This document shows, one piece after another, positions 24,728 through 38,719 of a stretch of 64,000 bases of DNA (within the stretch, counting starts at the first letter, position 1; each line of letters opens with the position of its first letter). The notes under the pieces are model-generated. The model was not told the DNA's origin. It did no database searches and saw only the letters and a program-made list of their open reading frames with translations. The translations under genes and the position numbers were made by a program. Location of the stretch: contig LSRY02000048.1 of assembly GCA_001643675.2 (NCBI GenBank), positions 310,001 through 374,000 of the forward strand, written 5' to 3'. This DNA comes from Monocercomonoides exilis PA203. Taxonomy: Eukaryota; Protista; Preaxostyla.

Positions 24728-26193
24728 TCAGGAATAAATAAAATAATCAGAAATCTCTAATGATAAATTATGAAATCCTAAGTCAATGAAATCAATAATT
24801 TCTCGAAAGCTTGTGATGATGTCTTCATATCCTTCTTCTTCCAACTTTTCACAAAGCCTCTCCTTTGAAGCCTTTCTTTCCCTTTTCACAATTGCTCCAT
24901 TCGTCTTTTCTTTCAATCTTTTTGAAATTTCCATAAATATTCCTAAATAACACCACACAAAACTGTCTTCAAATGATAATCCCTGGATTTCCTCCATAAG
25001 CAGATCAAAGGCTCCTCCTTCCAGCAAAGCATCAACATTCACTGAAAGCATGGTTGCCATTGAATAAAAAAGAGAAATGCAATTATCGAATGTTCCTCCT
25101 TCATTCTCTCTTGCTGCTCGGCACAATTCAACAATGCTGCAAATCAGTCCAACAACATCTTCATTCCACAAATCAAACTCTCGAAACGGCTCTTTGATTG
25201 TGCAGATCCATCTCATTATTGCTTTTTGCTCTTTTTTGCGTTTCGTTACCTCTTCTTTCCTTTTCCAATCCACACATTTCGTCAGTTCTTTCAGTTCTCT
25301 TGCTGCTTCTCTCACAAAATGCGTTGCATCTACAATATTATCTTCCAAGTGTCTGTCGTTGAGTAATCTGTAAATTAAAAATTGCCAAGCCGACTGATAG
25401 GCAAGGCAGGAAAGGTTTCGATTATTCTGATGATATTGAATTATTTCTTTCATTTCTTCCAAATATAGCTTTTTTTCTATTTTCTGTAAAAAAAGCAAGA
25501 AAAATACAAAAAACATCAAAAAGAAAGAGGAAATGAGCACACATAATAGTCATCAATGCTACTCAAAGCAAATAAAGCTATTTCCACTTCTTTTCGTGCT
25601 TCTTCGCTTTCATTTTTGATCAAAGCTGCTTTCAAAAGGCTAGACAGACAAATCGAAAGCAATTCCTTACTAAAAGTATGATAACTGTGAAGCATTGTAC
25701 AGCATTTGCAAAGGTCAACCAGCAATCTTTCATTCTTTTCTTCTTTTTTCTCATTTTCAAAAATAATCATTTCGGCAAATCTTTTCCCCAATGAAGAATT
25801 TCCAAAATTTGAGTTGGATGAACGCAATGATATTTTACAAAAACCAATGTGCTTCAATAGCAGAATCATATTTCCAAAATTCATTTTCTTTTCATCAATC
25901 ATTTTCTGAATTTTTTCGAACTGCTCGATTTTTAATACTGATCTGAATTCATACTTATCCATTTCGTCCATAAATTCATTCATTTCTCCGATTTTCTTTC
26001 TCTGTTCAATTTCTGTGCAATCTTCCAGTTCATCAAGCAATTCTTCAAATAAAAAAATTAAGAAAAAAAGAATATCTAATCACCTGGAATTCGAATATAA
26101 CAACGGATGCAAACCAGTGAACTTTTTTGTGTTATAAGTCTCCTGCACTTTTTCAAATTTATTTCATTCAAAATACAATATCATTTTTATCAT
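24728..26193 (-). CDS. Expanded unknown family copy 2 (alpha-helical, ~450 aa; exon 1 possibly disrupted)
   Basis: ORFs 25516-26040 and 24728-25540 are joined by a short intron. Motifs EVEIALFALS, LAYQSAWQFL, KLEEEGYED. The putative exon 1 contains a stop. Confidence 0.75.
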
Positions 26194-28707
26194 TCGCATT
26201 GGATTCGCATATGTTCGAATATAAGAAGCAGATGAAAAATAAAAACTCAAAATAATCATAAAAATCTATTAATTCACACCATATTTTTATGCGCAAGTCT
26301 TTGGGGAGGTTCTGTAAAGAGAAGAAACGTTTTATTTTTTTGTTGGTTTGTTGTTATGGATGTGTTGATCGAAATATTTTTTTGTATGGAGATATTCCCT
26401 GTTTAAATGAAAAATTGACGAATGAAATATATCGTCATCATAAGAACAATTCTTTCCTGTAACTTTTTGTTGTAATGATGACGATATGTTCGTTTTGGTT
26501 TATTGATGTGTTGTATTTCACATTTGGACAACCAAGTCGATACATCAAGAAACTTGTTTGGATATAAATTTTATGCATGCTTATTTTCGATTCCTATTTA
26601 TTTTGAAGAGGTCACCTTTTGCAATCTATTCAGGAAACCGAAATTTGACTAATTGTTTTTAGGACCTGTTTTCGCCTTTCAGGATGGTGTTTCGAGTGAG
26701 GACGATTTGTTCCGTATCTTCTGTGCATGAGGAAGATACTTGACGAGTATTGGATTTTGTGTTGTTTTTCGTTGAAATAAAATGGAATTTAATAGAAATT
26801 ATAGGAATTTCTTTTCATCAAAAAGTTGGAACTCGACTCATCTGGGGGAGAGAAGACAAAAAGAAAGGACGATTGATGTATTTCCTTGCAAAACTGTTGA
26901 TAATTGAAGGAATAATAAACGTTTGTTTGAGGACAATAGACTATATCAAAGGAACAAAATATTGAAAAAAGCTTAAAAACATTTTGTCAATGTTTGCTGT
27001 AACTTTTATTGAAGTGATTATTATTTTTTTTTCAGGAAGTTGAAAGAGAAAAGGATAATATGGATATAAAAAGAAAAGTTGGGAAGAAAAATACAGACGG
27101 ACAGATGAAATTCAAGATATTATGAAGATGCATATAATCGGACTTTGAAGAGGAGTTGATACTTGAGTCAAGATGATTTTTGTAAAAGAAGGGGAACGAA
27201 AATGGAAAAAATGGAATGAAAAAGATATCGCTAAATATTTTCTATTCTTTGTCAAAAAAGAGTGAAAGAGGATTGAGCTGAAAGTGAAAGGGATTCAGAG
27301 GTTTCTCTCACCAGAAGACGCAGAAACGACGAAGATAAAAACAAGAAATAGATATTTTTCACATAACTCTATGTTGTTTGATGATATTTCTCTTCACAAT
27401 TCTTTTCTTCCAATCATCTCATTCAATTTATTTCTTCTTCTTCTTCCAACTCAGCAACGTGATGTCATTGGTCTCCTGCATTTTCACTTTTCTCCACAGA
27501 ATCAAATTGAATTTCTTTTCGTTTTGCCTCTAAATTCAGAAAAGACAAGAGAAAAATAAAGAAGGAAGAAAAATAAAAAATAAAAATTAGAAGAAATAGA
27601 AGAGGGGTTGATGAATGAAGAGAAAAAGAAAAAGAAAAATACAATGAAAGAACTTTTGATGGGATTGAAGGAGAAGACGGAGAAGGAGAAGAGGACGAAA
27701 AAGAAGCAGGCGTTACTGATGGATATGACGATTGCGTTTCAAAGAGTTCGTTCAATGGCAAGTGGCAGAGATTTTGATGGGAATGCTGAGGATTAGTGGG
27801 AAGCAGCCAGATCCTTCATTTTTTGAGCTGATTTGAAACATTGTCATCCTCAATTGTCTCTCCAAATGTACCTATCAACGAGACGTCAAATGCAATTCGC
27901 TCGGCTCTTTCGGAGTCTTCGCTTCGAATAAATGAGAAAATTCAAGTCATGCTCTTCATCATCGTCATCATCCTCTTCTTCTCCTCCTCCTCCCCTTCTT
28001 CTTCACCTTCTTCCTCTTCTTCTTCCTCTTTTCCTTATTCTTCGTCTTCTTCGTCTTCATCTTTATCTTCTGATTATTCAGAATTCTCAACTTTATTTCC
28101 ATCGTTTTTGTTTTCTTCTTCTTCTTCTTCCAATTCATGTAACATTTCTTCTTTCATTCTTCGCAAAAAGTCCATTAACTCAAATGAACAATTCGGTTTT
28201 GATATTTTTTTATAATTCTTCTCTCTTTCTCTTTCTCTCTCAATCTTCAAGGGATGTATCAAAACTCCCATCAGAATTTCTTCCTCTTTTCCCATTTTGA
28301 AATAAAATTATTTTGTTCCCTTCAGAAACTGCAAACGGATTGTTTTAACTTTTGGAATGGAAATGATGAAGAATGAATAAACAGGCAGAGGAAAGCGTTT
28401 GGGTTGGATGTTTCTCTAAACTTGGATCAGCATCAATATCGTTGTTAGCTGTTTTTATTGTATTTGCAACATGCTCTGAGGGTTTCTGATGTTCCTTGAA
28501 AACAAAGGAAGCATTGAGAAAACACAAATTTTTTTTTTTTACCAAAGAGCTGAAAAGAGGTTGTTTTGAGAAAAACATGCAAAGAATGAATGAAGAATTT
28601 GAAACAAAAAATATTTGTCAACTCATTTTGGGAAGAACTTTGGTGAAAGAAAGAAGGAAACGGAGAAATTCATAATTTATAATATAATAATTATTTTTAA
28701 AAATTAA

Positions 28708-28708
<1 letters not shown>

Positions 28709-28747
<39 letters not shown>

Positions 28748-28770
28748 TTGTTGTTGTTGTTGTTGTTGTT
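28709..28770. repeat. Poly-T followed by (GTT)n
   Basis: Read directly. Confidence 0.9.
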
Positions 28771-28916
28771 ATTTCATCACTTCATTTTGATGAATCTGGA
28801 TAATAAATCACTTTAAAAACAAACTAACAAAAATTATTTTTTGTATCGTTTTGTGAAATGAATAAAAAAAGAGAAAGTGAAATTGTGAATCATGAAATCC
28901 TAAGCAACTCATTTCC

Positions 28917-30374
28917 TCAAATATTCACAATATAATCAGAAATATGCAACGATAATGAATGATTATAATTTCCTTTAAAAAACTCTAAAGTTTCATGAAA
29001 GCTTGTGATGGTATCTTCATATCCTTCTTCTTCTAACTTTTCAAAAATCTCTTTTTTTGTTGCTTTTCTTTTCGCTTCCTCTTTTTCTTCTTTCTTCTTT
29101 CCATGAAATTTCCATGAAATTATCAAAAAAAATTTCAATCCATTAAAAGTCATTCCGTCATCCAACATTGGCTGCTGCATCCCCTCCAAAACAGCATTAG
29201 CAGCTCCTCCTTTTAACAAGTCTTCAACTTTCACAACTCTTCTTTCTGCTGCCATTTTCAATATATGAATGCATCGACTGCTTATTTTTTCGTAATTGTT
29301 CCTTGATATTTGATATAGCTGAACAATGCTGCTGAAAAGCCCAACAAATTCTTTATTCTCCAATTTGCATTTGAGGAAATAAGAACCCAATGTTTCGAGC
29401 CATCTCATCAATGGAAATTCTTCTTTCGCCTTTTCTTTGTTCATTTCCTCTTCATTTTTTCTGTTCCATTCCATATTTCTTGAAAGCTCCTCCAATTCTC
29501 TTGCTGTTTCTCTTCCAAAATGAAGCTCATTCGCAATTATATCTTCCAAACTTTTATCAATGTTCAATCTGCAAATCAAAAATTCCCAAGCACACTGATA
29601 GGCGAGTCGTGAAAGATTCCGAATCTCCTGATGATATTGGATAATCTCTTTGATTTCATTCAAATACAGTTCTTTTTCTATTTTCTAATAAAAAAAAGAA
29701 GAAGAAAATCAACAATGCCAAAAATGATACAGATATGTTCATACTACAAATCGACTAATGCTACTCAAAGCCTGCAAAGCCATTACTACTTCCTTTTGGA
29801 CTTCCTCGCTTTCTTCTTTCTTCAACGCAACTTTCATAAGACATGGTATACAAATTGGAAGCAATTCATCTGAAAGGAAGTTTAACCTCAGCAAAGTGAA
29901 GCATTCGCAGAGATATATCAGAAGCTTTTCGTTTTTTCCTTCTTTTTTCTTTTCTTCTTCAATTATCATCTTCTCGAATATTCCGTTAAATTGAGATTCT
30001 TCAAATTCATAAATCTGCATGAGTTTTAATGTCCTGCTATATCCAAACTGTTCCAACAACAGAATGGCATTCTCTAAAGTCAGTTTCTTTTCTTCAATCA
30101 TTTCGTGAATTTTGTTGAACATTTCTTCGTTGAAAATAGAAAGCAATTCATCAGCATTCATTCCATCAATCACTTCATTCATTTCTCCGATTTTCTGTTC
30201 CTGCTCAGCGTCAGTGAATTGTTCCAACTGTGAAAATTTCTCTAAAAAAAGTGAAAAATCAAAAGAGAAAAAAGAAGCATTTGTTAATTCAACCAACAAT
30301 TTCTTATTAAACGGTGCAAACCCAGAAATATTTGCTTTTTTGAAGGTGACTGTGAAATCGCAAAATGAATTCAA
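28917..30374 (-). CDS. Expanded unknown family copy 3 (start uncertain)
   Basis: ORFs 29739-30374 and 28917-29663. Motifs EVVMALQALS, LAYQCAWEFL, LLKGGA, KLEEEGYED. Confidence 0.78.
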
Positions 30375-32684
30375 AACAACATATAAATTCGTTTTCGAAA
30401 TATTCGTTGAATATTCGAATTAAAAGAATTAAAAACACCAAATCAAAATTTTTTAAATAATACAGGATTCGAAACCTCTTTTGTCATCAATGATTTTTGC
30501 CTCAAAACAAGTAAATCTATGAAACAAAATAATCAAGTTTTTGTGCAAATAAATAAGGGTGACCAACCTATAATTTTTAAAGTGAAGTTTTTTTTGATGA
30601 TTTGCAGCAGCCTGAACATGCTTGAGCCACTTAGAACCACAGCTGCAAATGCGCCCATACGAGATTTAGCACTGCCAAAGGGCAGGGGTTTTGCTTGAGG
30701 AGTGAGGAGCGAGTGGCTGTTTGCGTCGATTGCTTGCGAAAAGTGAATTGGTGGGGGAAGTTGCATGGAATTTGAACTTGGCTATATTTTGCAAAACATA
30801 TGGTGCCATATCGCTTGTGATATTTTGAATGAAAAATAACTCAAGCAAGATGCAGAAAAAACGAGCAGAATGTCAGAAAGATTGAATTTGACAGCTTGTT
30901 CATTTCGAGGGAAGTACAGTTCATTTAGAATATTTTTTGCTCAGGATTTGCTTTCAGTGATTTTTTATTGGAATGTTGGCTTTGTGGAAAAGGAAAGGGA
31001 ATTGGAGGGTTGAACAATGGAGGAAGCAATCAGAGGAGACACTCAGCAGGCATCAATTCTGATCGCATTTGCATTTTGAAAGAATTCTGCTTGTATGCTG
31101 TCAGCGAAAACTTGGTGTAGAATAAGTCTTTGAAAAGGCGTTAATTTGGAGAATATGAATTTTCATTTGGAATCATGGCCTGCTTCACAAGGGATTCTCT
31201 ACGTTCGATGACGTTCTCTATCAGCCATTTGTTATCCTGTTGTCTGTTTTTTTTATGAGGTGAAAGGCAATTTTGGAGAACAAGAAAGCCAGCTGGGCTG
31301 ATAATTACCAATCCATTGGAGATGGGAAAATAATTCTAGGCCAAAAAACAAAATGGTTTGACTTTTTTTTTATTTCATTCATTTTTCTTTAAAAGACTTC
31401 TTTGATAAATTCAGAATAACTGTGAACAAGAATACCACAAAGAGAGAAAAGCCATTTCATCCTTTTTCAAAAGAGAAAGAAGTTTTGAGATAATTCTTGT
31501 TTGGATTGCATTCAACGATGACAATTGAGAGCTCTTCCATCAATTTTGCGTGCTGAATAGCCCTATAATGTTTTTGGCATGAGCTTGAAAGAGAAAAGCA
31601 GTTTGTTTGGCTTATTTGTTGAGGGCATTTGGCAGAAGCGACTCTTTCATCAGAGCAGATGGGCTGGCTGGGCATTCGCATTCAAAAAGCATCCAACTTT
31701 TTTTTGTGATTTGTCGTAACACTTTGCCATTTCAGAAAACTGTTTGATGGAAACATGCAACTGGAAGACTTTATGGCAAGACCACAATTTTGATGCAATT
31801 GGCAGAATTGGATGAATAAAATGTGAAAAGGATTTAGGAAACTTTGAATTGGAATCAAAAATAGGAGGATTTCCAAAAGGAGAAGAGAAAAAGGAGAGAA
31901 GATGGAGCAATGGACTGGAAAATAAGGAAAAAAATGATCGTGGAAAAGAAAAGTTGCTTTGAGGAAAAATGGAGGAAAGAATAACAAAAAGAGAAGAAAG
32001 AGCGAGAACCGAACAATTCTGGAGAGAGAGAGAGAGAGTCATACCATTGGAGAAAGAAAGAGAGAGAGAGAGAGAAAAGGCAATGAAAGAAGAAAACGGA
32101 ATGACATAGAGGAAAAGAAGAAAAGATGGAGAGAAAGAAGAGAAAGAAGAGAAAAGTATTCCACCAAAATATTCGCTTTGAGATAAGATGAAGAAAACGT
32201 TTGGATTAATTTTATCTTCAAAATCCCAAAAAGATGTTCTGAAAAGGGGAATCTCCAGAGAGAAAAATGAATAAAGTGGATTAGAAGAAAAAGAAGAAGA
32301 AGAAAAGGTAAAAGCAGAGAAAATCAAGCAAAGAGGGATATTTCTCCGGATGATACTAATTCTCCGGAAGTTGTTCTCTTTCATAAACATGAGGAATTTT
32401 GAGGATATCAGCAGGAAAAGCGAAGAATAATTATTAAAAGAAGAAAAATAAGAAAGGAGTTATTTCTCATCAGATGATTTGTGCGAAGAGGTTTCAAATT
32501 TTTTAACAGGTTAAAGAGAGAAAGAGAAAAGATTACCCAATGAAACATAAATAAAGAAGGAAAAAGATGAATAGAAATGAGAGAAAGGAAGAAAAAAAAG
32601 GGAAAGTTGAAATGGAAAAATATAAGGAAAAAGAAAGTTATTTCTCCGTTTTCTCTCAATTAACATAAAAGGTGGAGAGTATGA

Positions 32685-33600
32685 TTACTCTTCCTCTTCT
32701 TCTTCCTCTTCTTCCTCTTCATCCTCTTCTTCTTTTTCTTCCTCTTCTTCCTCTTCTTCCTCTTCTTCCTCTTCTTCCTCTTCTTCCTCTTCTTCCTCTT
32801 GTTTCACTTTTTCTTTTCGTTTTTCAATCACCATCAGCTCAATAGCTAAAGGCAACAGAACCACATCTTCCATCCTCGACCCCCTTTCCTCCAATTCCTT
32901 CCCCACAATATCTCCAACTTCACACATCGTCACTTCGTCTTCAAACTTCGTCATTAAATATTTCTTCTGATACGATAACAACATCTTCATCGACTGGTCG
33001 AACAGATCGAAGATCGAAGGAAATGCTGTTCACATCCTCCACCTCAAATATCCTCTTCCTTTTTAGACTGCGCTCCCACAGAGGATGCATGAGACGAAAG
33101 CAGCGCTCAGCGGAACTGAAAGGAACATAGAAAATTCCACATATCTCATCAAAAAATTCAATCATAGCGTCTGAGGGAACAGAAGCATCAACAGAAACAG
33201 CGAAATACACTGTTCATTCACCACAGCTGCCTCAGGCACCACAATTTGCAGCAGTCTCTCAATATCATCCATTACCGTTCATGATATGTTTGTTGCAGCT
33301 CTGATTGAAGTATGCGAAGAACTGATTTCAGGCTCAGATGACGATGACGATGACGATGATGATGACTGTTCATCCTCTGCCATCTTCTCCACTCCACTTC
33401 GGAGTTGCATGAATAGCGATGAAACAGACGAAGAAGACGAAAAAGGATGGGGTGTTGAGAGAAATGGAAAACTGCTGCACTTTGATGACAACAAGAATGT
33501 TTTTAAAATACTCCGTCTCTTCTGTTGGCAGCTCCATCAGAAGATCAAGCTCAACATAAGCATTTGGATCACAAATGCCAATTGGCTGTGAGTTTTCGCA
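32685..33600 (-). pseudogene. Decayed member of the MEDVVL family ending in a poly-Glu tract
   Basis: AFPSIFDLFDQSMKMLL..VGDIVGKELEERGSRMEDVVLLPLA followed by poly-E. Homologous to 8580-9070 and 13700-13850. Confidence 0.6.
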
Positions 33601-35281
33601 GTGTTCGAGGGAAGGGAATAGATGGATCGGAGTTGCTTTTAGACAAAGAATTGAAGTGAAAGGAGGAGGAGGAAGAAGAAGAAGAAAAGGATGATTGTGT
33701 ACGTGATGATGAAGCCTTGTGAGGCAGATGAGGAGTTAGCAGAAGATTGAAAATGTTTTTTTTTTTGCAGATTTGTCTGCATCTGGAACTGAGGTTGAAT
33801 CTGAATCAGATTATGGTGCTTGTGATAATATTGAAAAACAGAAGAAATTAAGAAAAACATTTGATTGTGAAATTTTGTGGAGGAAAGCGAGTAATGTTCA
33901 TATGAAAAATATTGAAAATTGATAGGAAAAAATGTTTGGAAAGTTTGCAAATTTTATTGATATTTTTGAATTGATATTTTTTTTATTCAGTGAATTTTCA
34001 AAAAATTATGAGGAATCAGATTAATTCGAAGAAGAAAGAGATGAAATAATTTTGCCACAGAAGAGAAAGCTATCTGCTATTTTTGAGAATTCAACTTGAA
34101 CAGTGAATGATGAACTGATTTTGTAAGGGCCTTTCATTTTTTGTTTGCAATCCCACTCAAGCCAGCTAAAAAGGGGGAAAAATAAAGGATAAAAGCAACA
34201 CATTGTTCCATGTTCAGTTGAATCAAGAAATATTGTGGAAATTCGTCTTCTGAAGATTTTCATTGTTCGGTGTTACTTCATCTGATTGCATTCCCATCAC
34301 AGTTGAAATATTTCAATGTTCAATGATTCTTTCAAGCTGCTTGCCAAATTCTTCACAAATGGAACTATGAATGTTGGGAAAGCTTCTTTCGCGAAGTTTT
34401 TAGCTGGAAATACGACTGAAGACTGTTCACTTGACAAAATTTCGACATTTGACACACCAACAGAGCGAGACTTTTTTGTCTTCATCATCATCTTCTTCTT
34501 CAACAAAATACAATCTTTTTTTTTTTAGTTTCTTCAAGCCTGGGAGTAGCAAACGATGATTCAGATGAAATTGGTCCGGTTACACAAAACGAAAAAAAGC
34601 ACTTGAATCACAGAACGGCAAAAGAGATAAATGTAATGATGGGGAATATGAAGAGAAAGAAGAAGAGGAAAGAGAGACAGAAAGTTAACAGAAGAAGAAT
34701 TTGGGTTTTTGCGATTGAGAAGCAGCAAAAGAACGACCATTTACCAAAAGAAATCTTTTTTCTTCACAAAGTTTTTATTTTTTTTTTCAATTCTCTGAAA
34801 TTATATGGAATAAGGAAAAGCTGTAGAAGAAGCTGAAGAAATGCAAAACCACTCAAAGGAACAGAGAAGAGACTTTTCAAGTTGATGAATGAGAATGGAC
34901 TCACTGATTTTTGTTTCATGAAACTTGATTAACAGATGTCCCATTTGAAAAATAAGAAAATGAAACTCATTTTAAGTCTCTCTCTCTTTTTTTTTCTTCA
35001 TTCCATCAAAATGAAGTGGGATAAAAATAAAAAATAAAAACATATACTTAAATTATTATTTTCAATTTCGCTAAATGATAAAAAAGAATGATTTTTGCGT
35101 TTTAAAATTCCATCATTTCGTTTCCTCAAACATTAACACCATCATCAGATAATTTAACAGGCAATCCAACAAAAATCTTCGATAAAAAAAATAACTGCAA
35201 AAAACTAGTTGCTGATGAAGGAAATAACCTTTAAAGAAAAAATGAAATTCAGAGAATCAAAATGTGAAATATCTCATTTTT

Positions 35282-36785
35282 TCAAATATTCACAAAATAA
35301 TCAGAAATATTCAATGATAATTCTTCATAATATTCTTTGTAACGAAAATCAATTGTTTCATAAAAGCTTGCGATAATATCTTCGTATCCTTCTTCTTCCA
35401 AATTGTCGAATATCTCCCTTTTAGTTGATTTTCTTTTCGCTTCTTCCATTTTATCTTTCCCCTTTTCTTTCAATCGACTTGAAATCATTTGAAAAAATTT
35501 CAAGATTTCACTAGTAATTTCGTCATCCAATGTTGATCGGAAATTCTCCTCCATAATAGCATCAATTGCCTCACCTTTCAACAAATCATCAACTTTCACA
35601 GCTTCATTTTCTGCTGCATCATTAAAGGAATAAATGCATTTTCTGTAAATCTCTCCATAATTATCTCTTGATGATCTTAACAACTTTGTAATGCTACCAA
35701 TGAGCCCTGCAAATTCTTCATTCCACAATTTGCATTTGTGAAAAATATCCATAATTATATCGAACCATCTCAAGATTATGAACACTTCTTTCACTTCTTT
35801 TCCTCTTCTTTTTTCTTCTTTCTCTTTCTTCCAATTCACATTTCTTGCCAACTCTTCCAGTTCCTTTGTTGCCTCTATGATAATATGCAGTTCATTCACA
35901 ATCACGTTATTCAATTTTTCATCTTCGAGAAATCTGCAGATCAAAAACCCCCAAGCAGACTGATAGGCAAGGTGAGTAAGATTGTGATGTTCTTGGTGAT
36001 TCTGGATTATGTCTTTGAACTCTTTCAAATACACTTCCTCTGGCATTATCTAATGAAAAAAGAAATAAAATCCAGTCAATAAAACAAAATTTGACAAAAA
36101 TCACATACACGATATCTAAAGCCGTTCAATGCAAGCAAAGCCATTTCCACTTCCTTTTGAGTCTCCTTGCTTTCATCTTTCTTCAAAGCAATTTTTAGAA
36201 GATATGGTACGCAAATTGATAGCAATTCCGATGATGTTGAATAATTGATTAAGACATAGCATTCGCAAACATCAACAAAAAGCTTTTCATCCTTTTCTTC
36301 TTTTTTCTTTTCTTCTTCAACAATCATTATCTTCTCAAATCTTTTGCGCAACGAAGAATTTTCAAAAGAATAACGCCATAAGCCTTTCAACTTAATCCAA
36401 TACCCAATATGTTTCATCAGCAAAATAGCTCTGTTCAAAGTCAATTTCTTTTCTTCAATCATTTTATTAATTTTGTCGAAATTCTTTTTTGTAAATGTTG
36501 AATAAAATTCTTTTTCATTCATTTCCTCAATCATAACGTTCATTTCATCGATTTTCTTTCTCTGTTCATTCCCGTCGCGATCTTCCAGTTCATCAAGCAA
36601 TTCTCCAAAAAAAAAAAAATAAAATAAATATTCAAAGCATTGAAAATTTTATCAACAGAAAAAATTAACAAACTGTTGAACTTTTCAATAAGCTCTTTTT
36701 TGAATTCTTCCTCTTCTTCGTCATCGCAATCTTCTTCTCCTTCCTTTTCTTCTTCAACACCACAGACCGAACTAACTTCGTTCAT
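35282..36785 (-). CDS. Expanded unknown family copy 4, apparently intact, 3 exons
   Basis: Exons 36785-36674, 36602-36109 and 36049-35282 join in frame with GT-AG introns. Acidic exon 1; motifs EVEMALLAL, LAYQSAWGFL, LEEEGYED. Confidence 0.87.
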
Positions 36786-37838
36786 TATGTGTTCTGGGCA
36801 AATGAAAGGAATACAAAATATACAACAAGTTAATCAACAAATACAAACATTTTTATTTATTTCCAGAATAGAGTGTTAATGAATTCAATGACAAATGCTA
36901 TGTTATATATCAATTTGAAGCAAAAATAAAAATGGAAGAATAAACGAATTTGCTTGCTGCAAACAAGAATTTATCCTATCTTTTTTTTTCTTGTTGATCG
37001 AACCAATAGATAATTTGATAATGATGATAAAAAACAAAATTTATTTTATTTTTGAAACAACATTTTTCTGTTTTGGAAATGTTGTTTTTTCATTAAAAAG
37101 GAGCTTGAGTAATGGGAAAAGAAATAAAGAAGAATTACCAGCATTTCGAAGAAATAGATATTGTATTTTTTGTTCATTTTAACAGAATAAATACAACAAA
37201 AAAATACAAAAAGCAAACTTTTATATGTTTATTAAACTATTTTATGATAGTGCAAAATTTTTTTTTGTTTCAATTTTAGTTTTTGATGAAGATCATAGGA
37301 ATTTTTAATTTTTTTTTGATCATTTGTTTTGCTCGTTTCAAGCCAACTCTCTTTCTTTGTTTATTTTTAATTACAATGTCATAAAACATACATAATGAAG
37401 TTTTATAATTCCAAATGTTCTATGTTTTTATCTTTTTTCGAATGTTTTTCACATTTCATCATTTTTGACAAAAAATATAAAAAAATGAAAATTATGAGCT
37501 GTACATTGTTTTTTACATATTAAAAATGATGTGCATGAAAAGAAAAATGGTTTCATTAAGTATTCACCTTGTTAAAACATTTTGAAATGTTGCTGCTCAT
37601 GAAGTTCACATCAATTTTTGCAAATTACAAATATACTTTTTTCATATTTAATTGAAATTATAATGACAAATTTTTTTGAACATCAATGCATTATTATCTT
37701 ATTTGCATGATATCGTTATATATAATTCTATAAATAAAATACAAGCTCAGAAATTTTTATTTTTTCATATTTTTTTGTCAAAAATGATGAAATGTCAAAA
37801 ACATTCAAAAAAAAAAAGATAAAAATATACACCATTTA

Positions 37839-37938
37839 TTATTCAAATTTGGTAAACTTATTATTCGAAATTGGTCAACTAATTATTCGAAATTGTTAAA
37901 CTTATTATTCGAAATTGGTAGACTTCTTATTCAAAATT
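37839..37938 (+). repeat. 22-bp tandem array (TTATTCGAAATTGGTxAACTxA), 4 full units, left arm
   Basis: Units read directly from the sequence. Confidence 0.9.
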
Positions 37939-38575
37939 AATAAAATTCAGTATTTTTTACAAATAATTTTTTTGATATAATATGATCACTGGCTGAGCGT
38001 CAGAAAGTGATTAATACGTTTTGTTTTTTCATTATTCTTAAAAAGGATGAAAATTGAACCTCTACTTTTATTATTTGTGAATAAACATGAAATTTTTTGA
38101 TTTTTCAGAAAAAAATTCATCACCATGGAAATCGGATAATTTTCAAATGAATTAACATCACATAGTTTGATAACACATCTTTCAATCAAGTAAAGTTATT
38201 TGCATCAATTTGACAAACTGGAAACAAGAATTATTTATTAGTGAATAAATCCATAAATGCACTTTCAGGATTCTTCATTTGTTTTTGTTGATCTTCTAAA
38301 TATATTGATTATGAATAATGTATTTAAATTGAAAGATGTGTTATCAAACTATGTGATGTTAATTCATTTGAAAATTATCCGATTTCCATGGTGATGAATT
38401 TTTTTCTGAAAAATCAAAAAATTTCATGTTTATTCACAAATAATAAAAGTAGAGGTTCAATTTTCATCCTTTTTAAGAATAATGAAAAAACAAAACGTAT
38501 TAATCACTTTCTGACGCTCAGCCAGTGATCATATTATATCAAAAAAATTATTTGTAAAAAATACTGAATTTTATT

Positions 38576-38719
38576 AATTTTGAATAAGAAGTCTACCAAT
38601 TTCGAATAATAAGTTTAACAATTTCGAATAATTAGTTGACCAATTTCGAATAATAAGTTTAACAATTTCGAATAATTAGTTGACCAATTTCGAATAATAA
38701 GTTTACCAAATTTGAATAA
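38576..38719 (-). repeat. 22-bp tandem array, 6 full units, right arm
   Basis: Reverse complement of the left array with one two-unit block duplicated. Confidence 0.9.

Noticed and set aside
37986-38189. 67-aa ORF in the palindrome arm
   Set aside because: AT-rich, non-ATG start and no recognisable motif; likely chance.
37839-38719. 22-bp repeats as a CRISPR array
   Set aside because: Head-to-tail units with no unique spacers, no cas genes, and a eukaryotic context.
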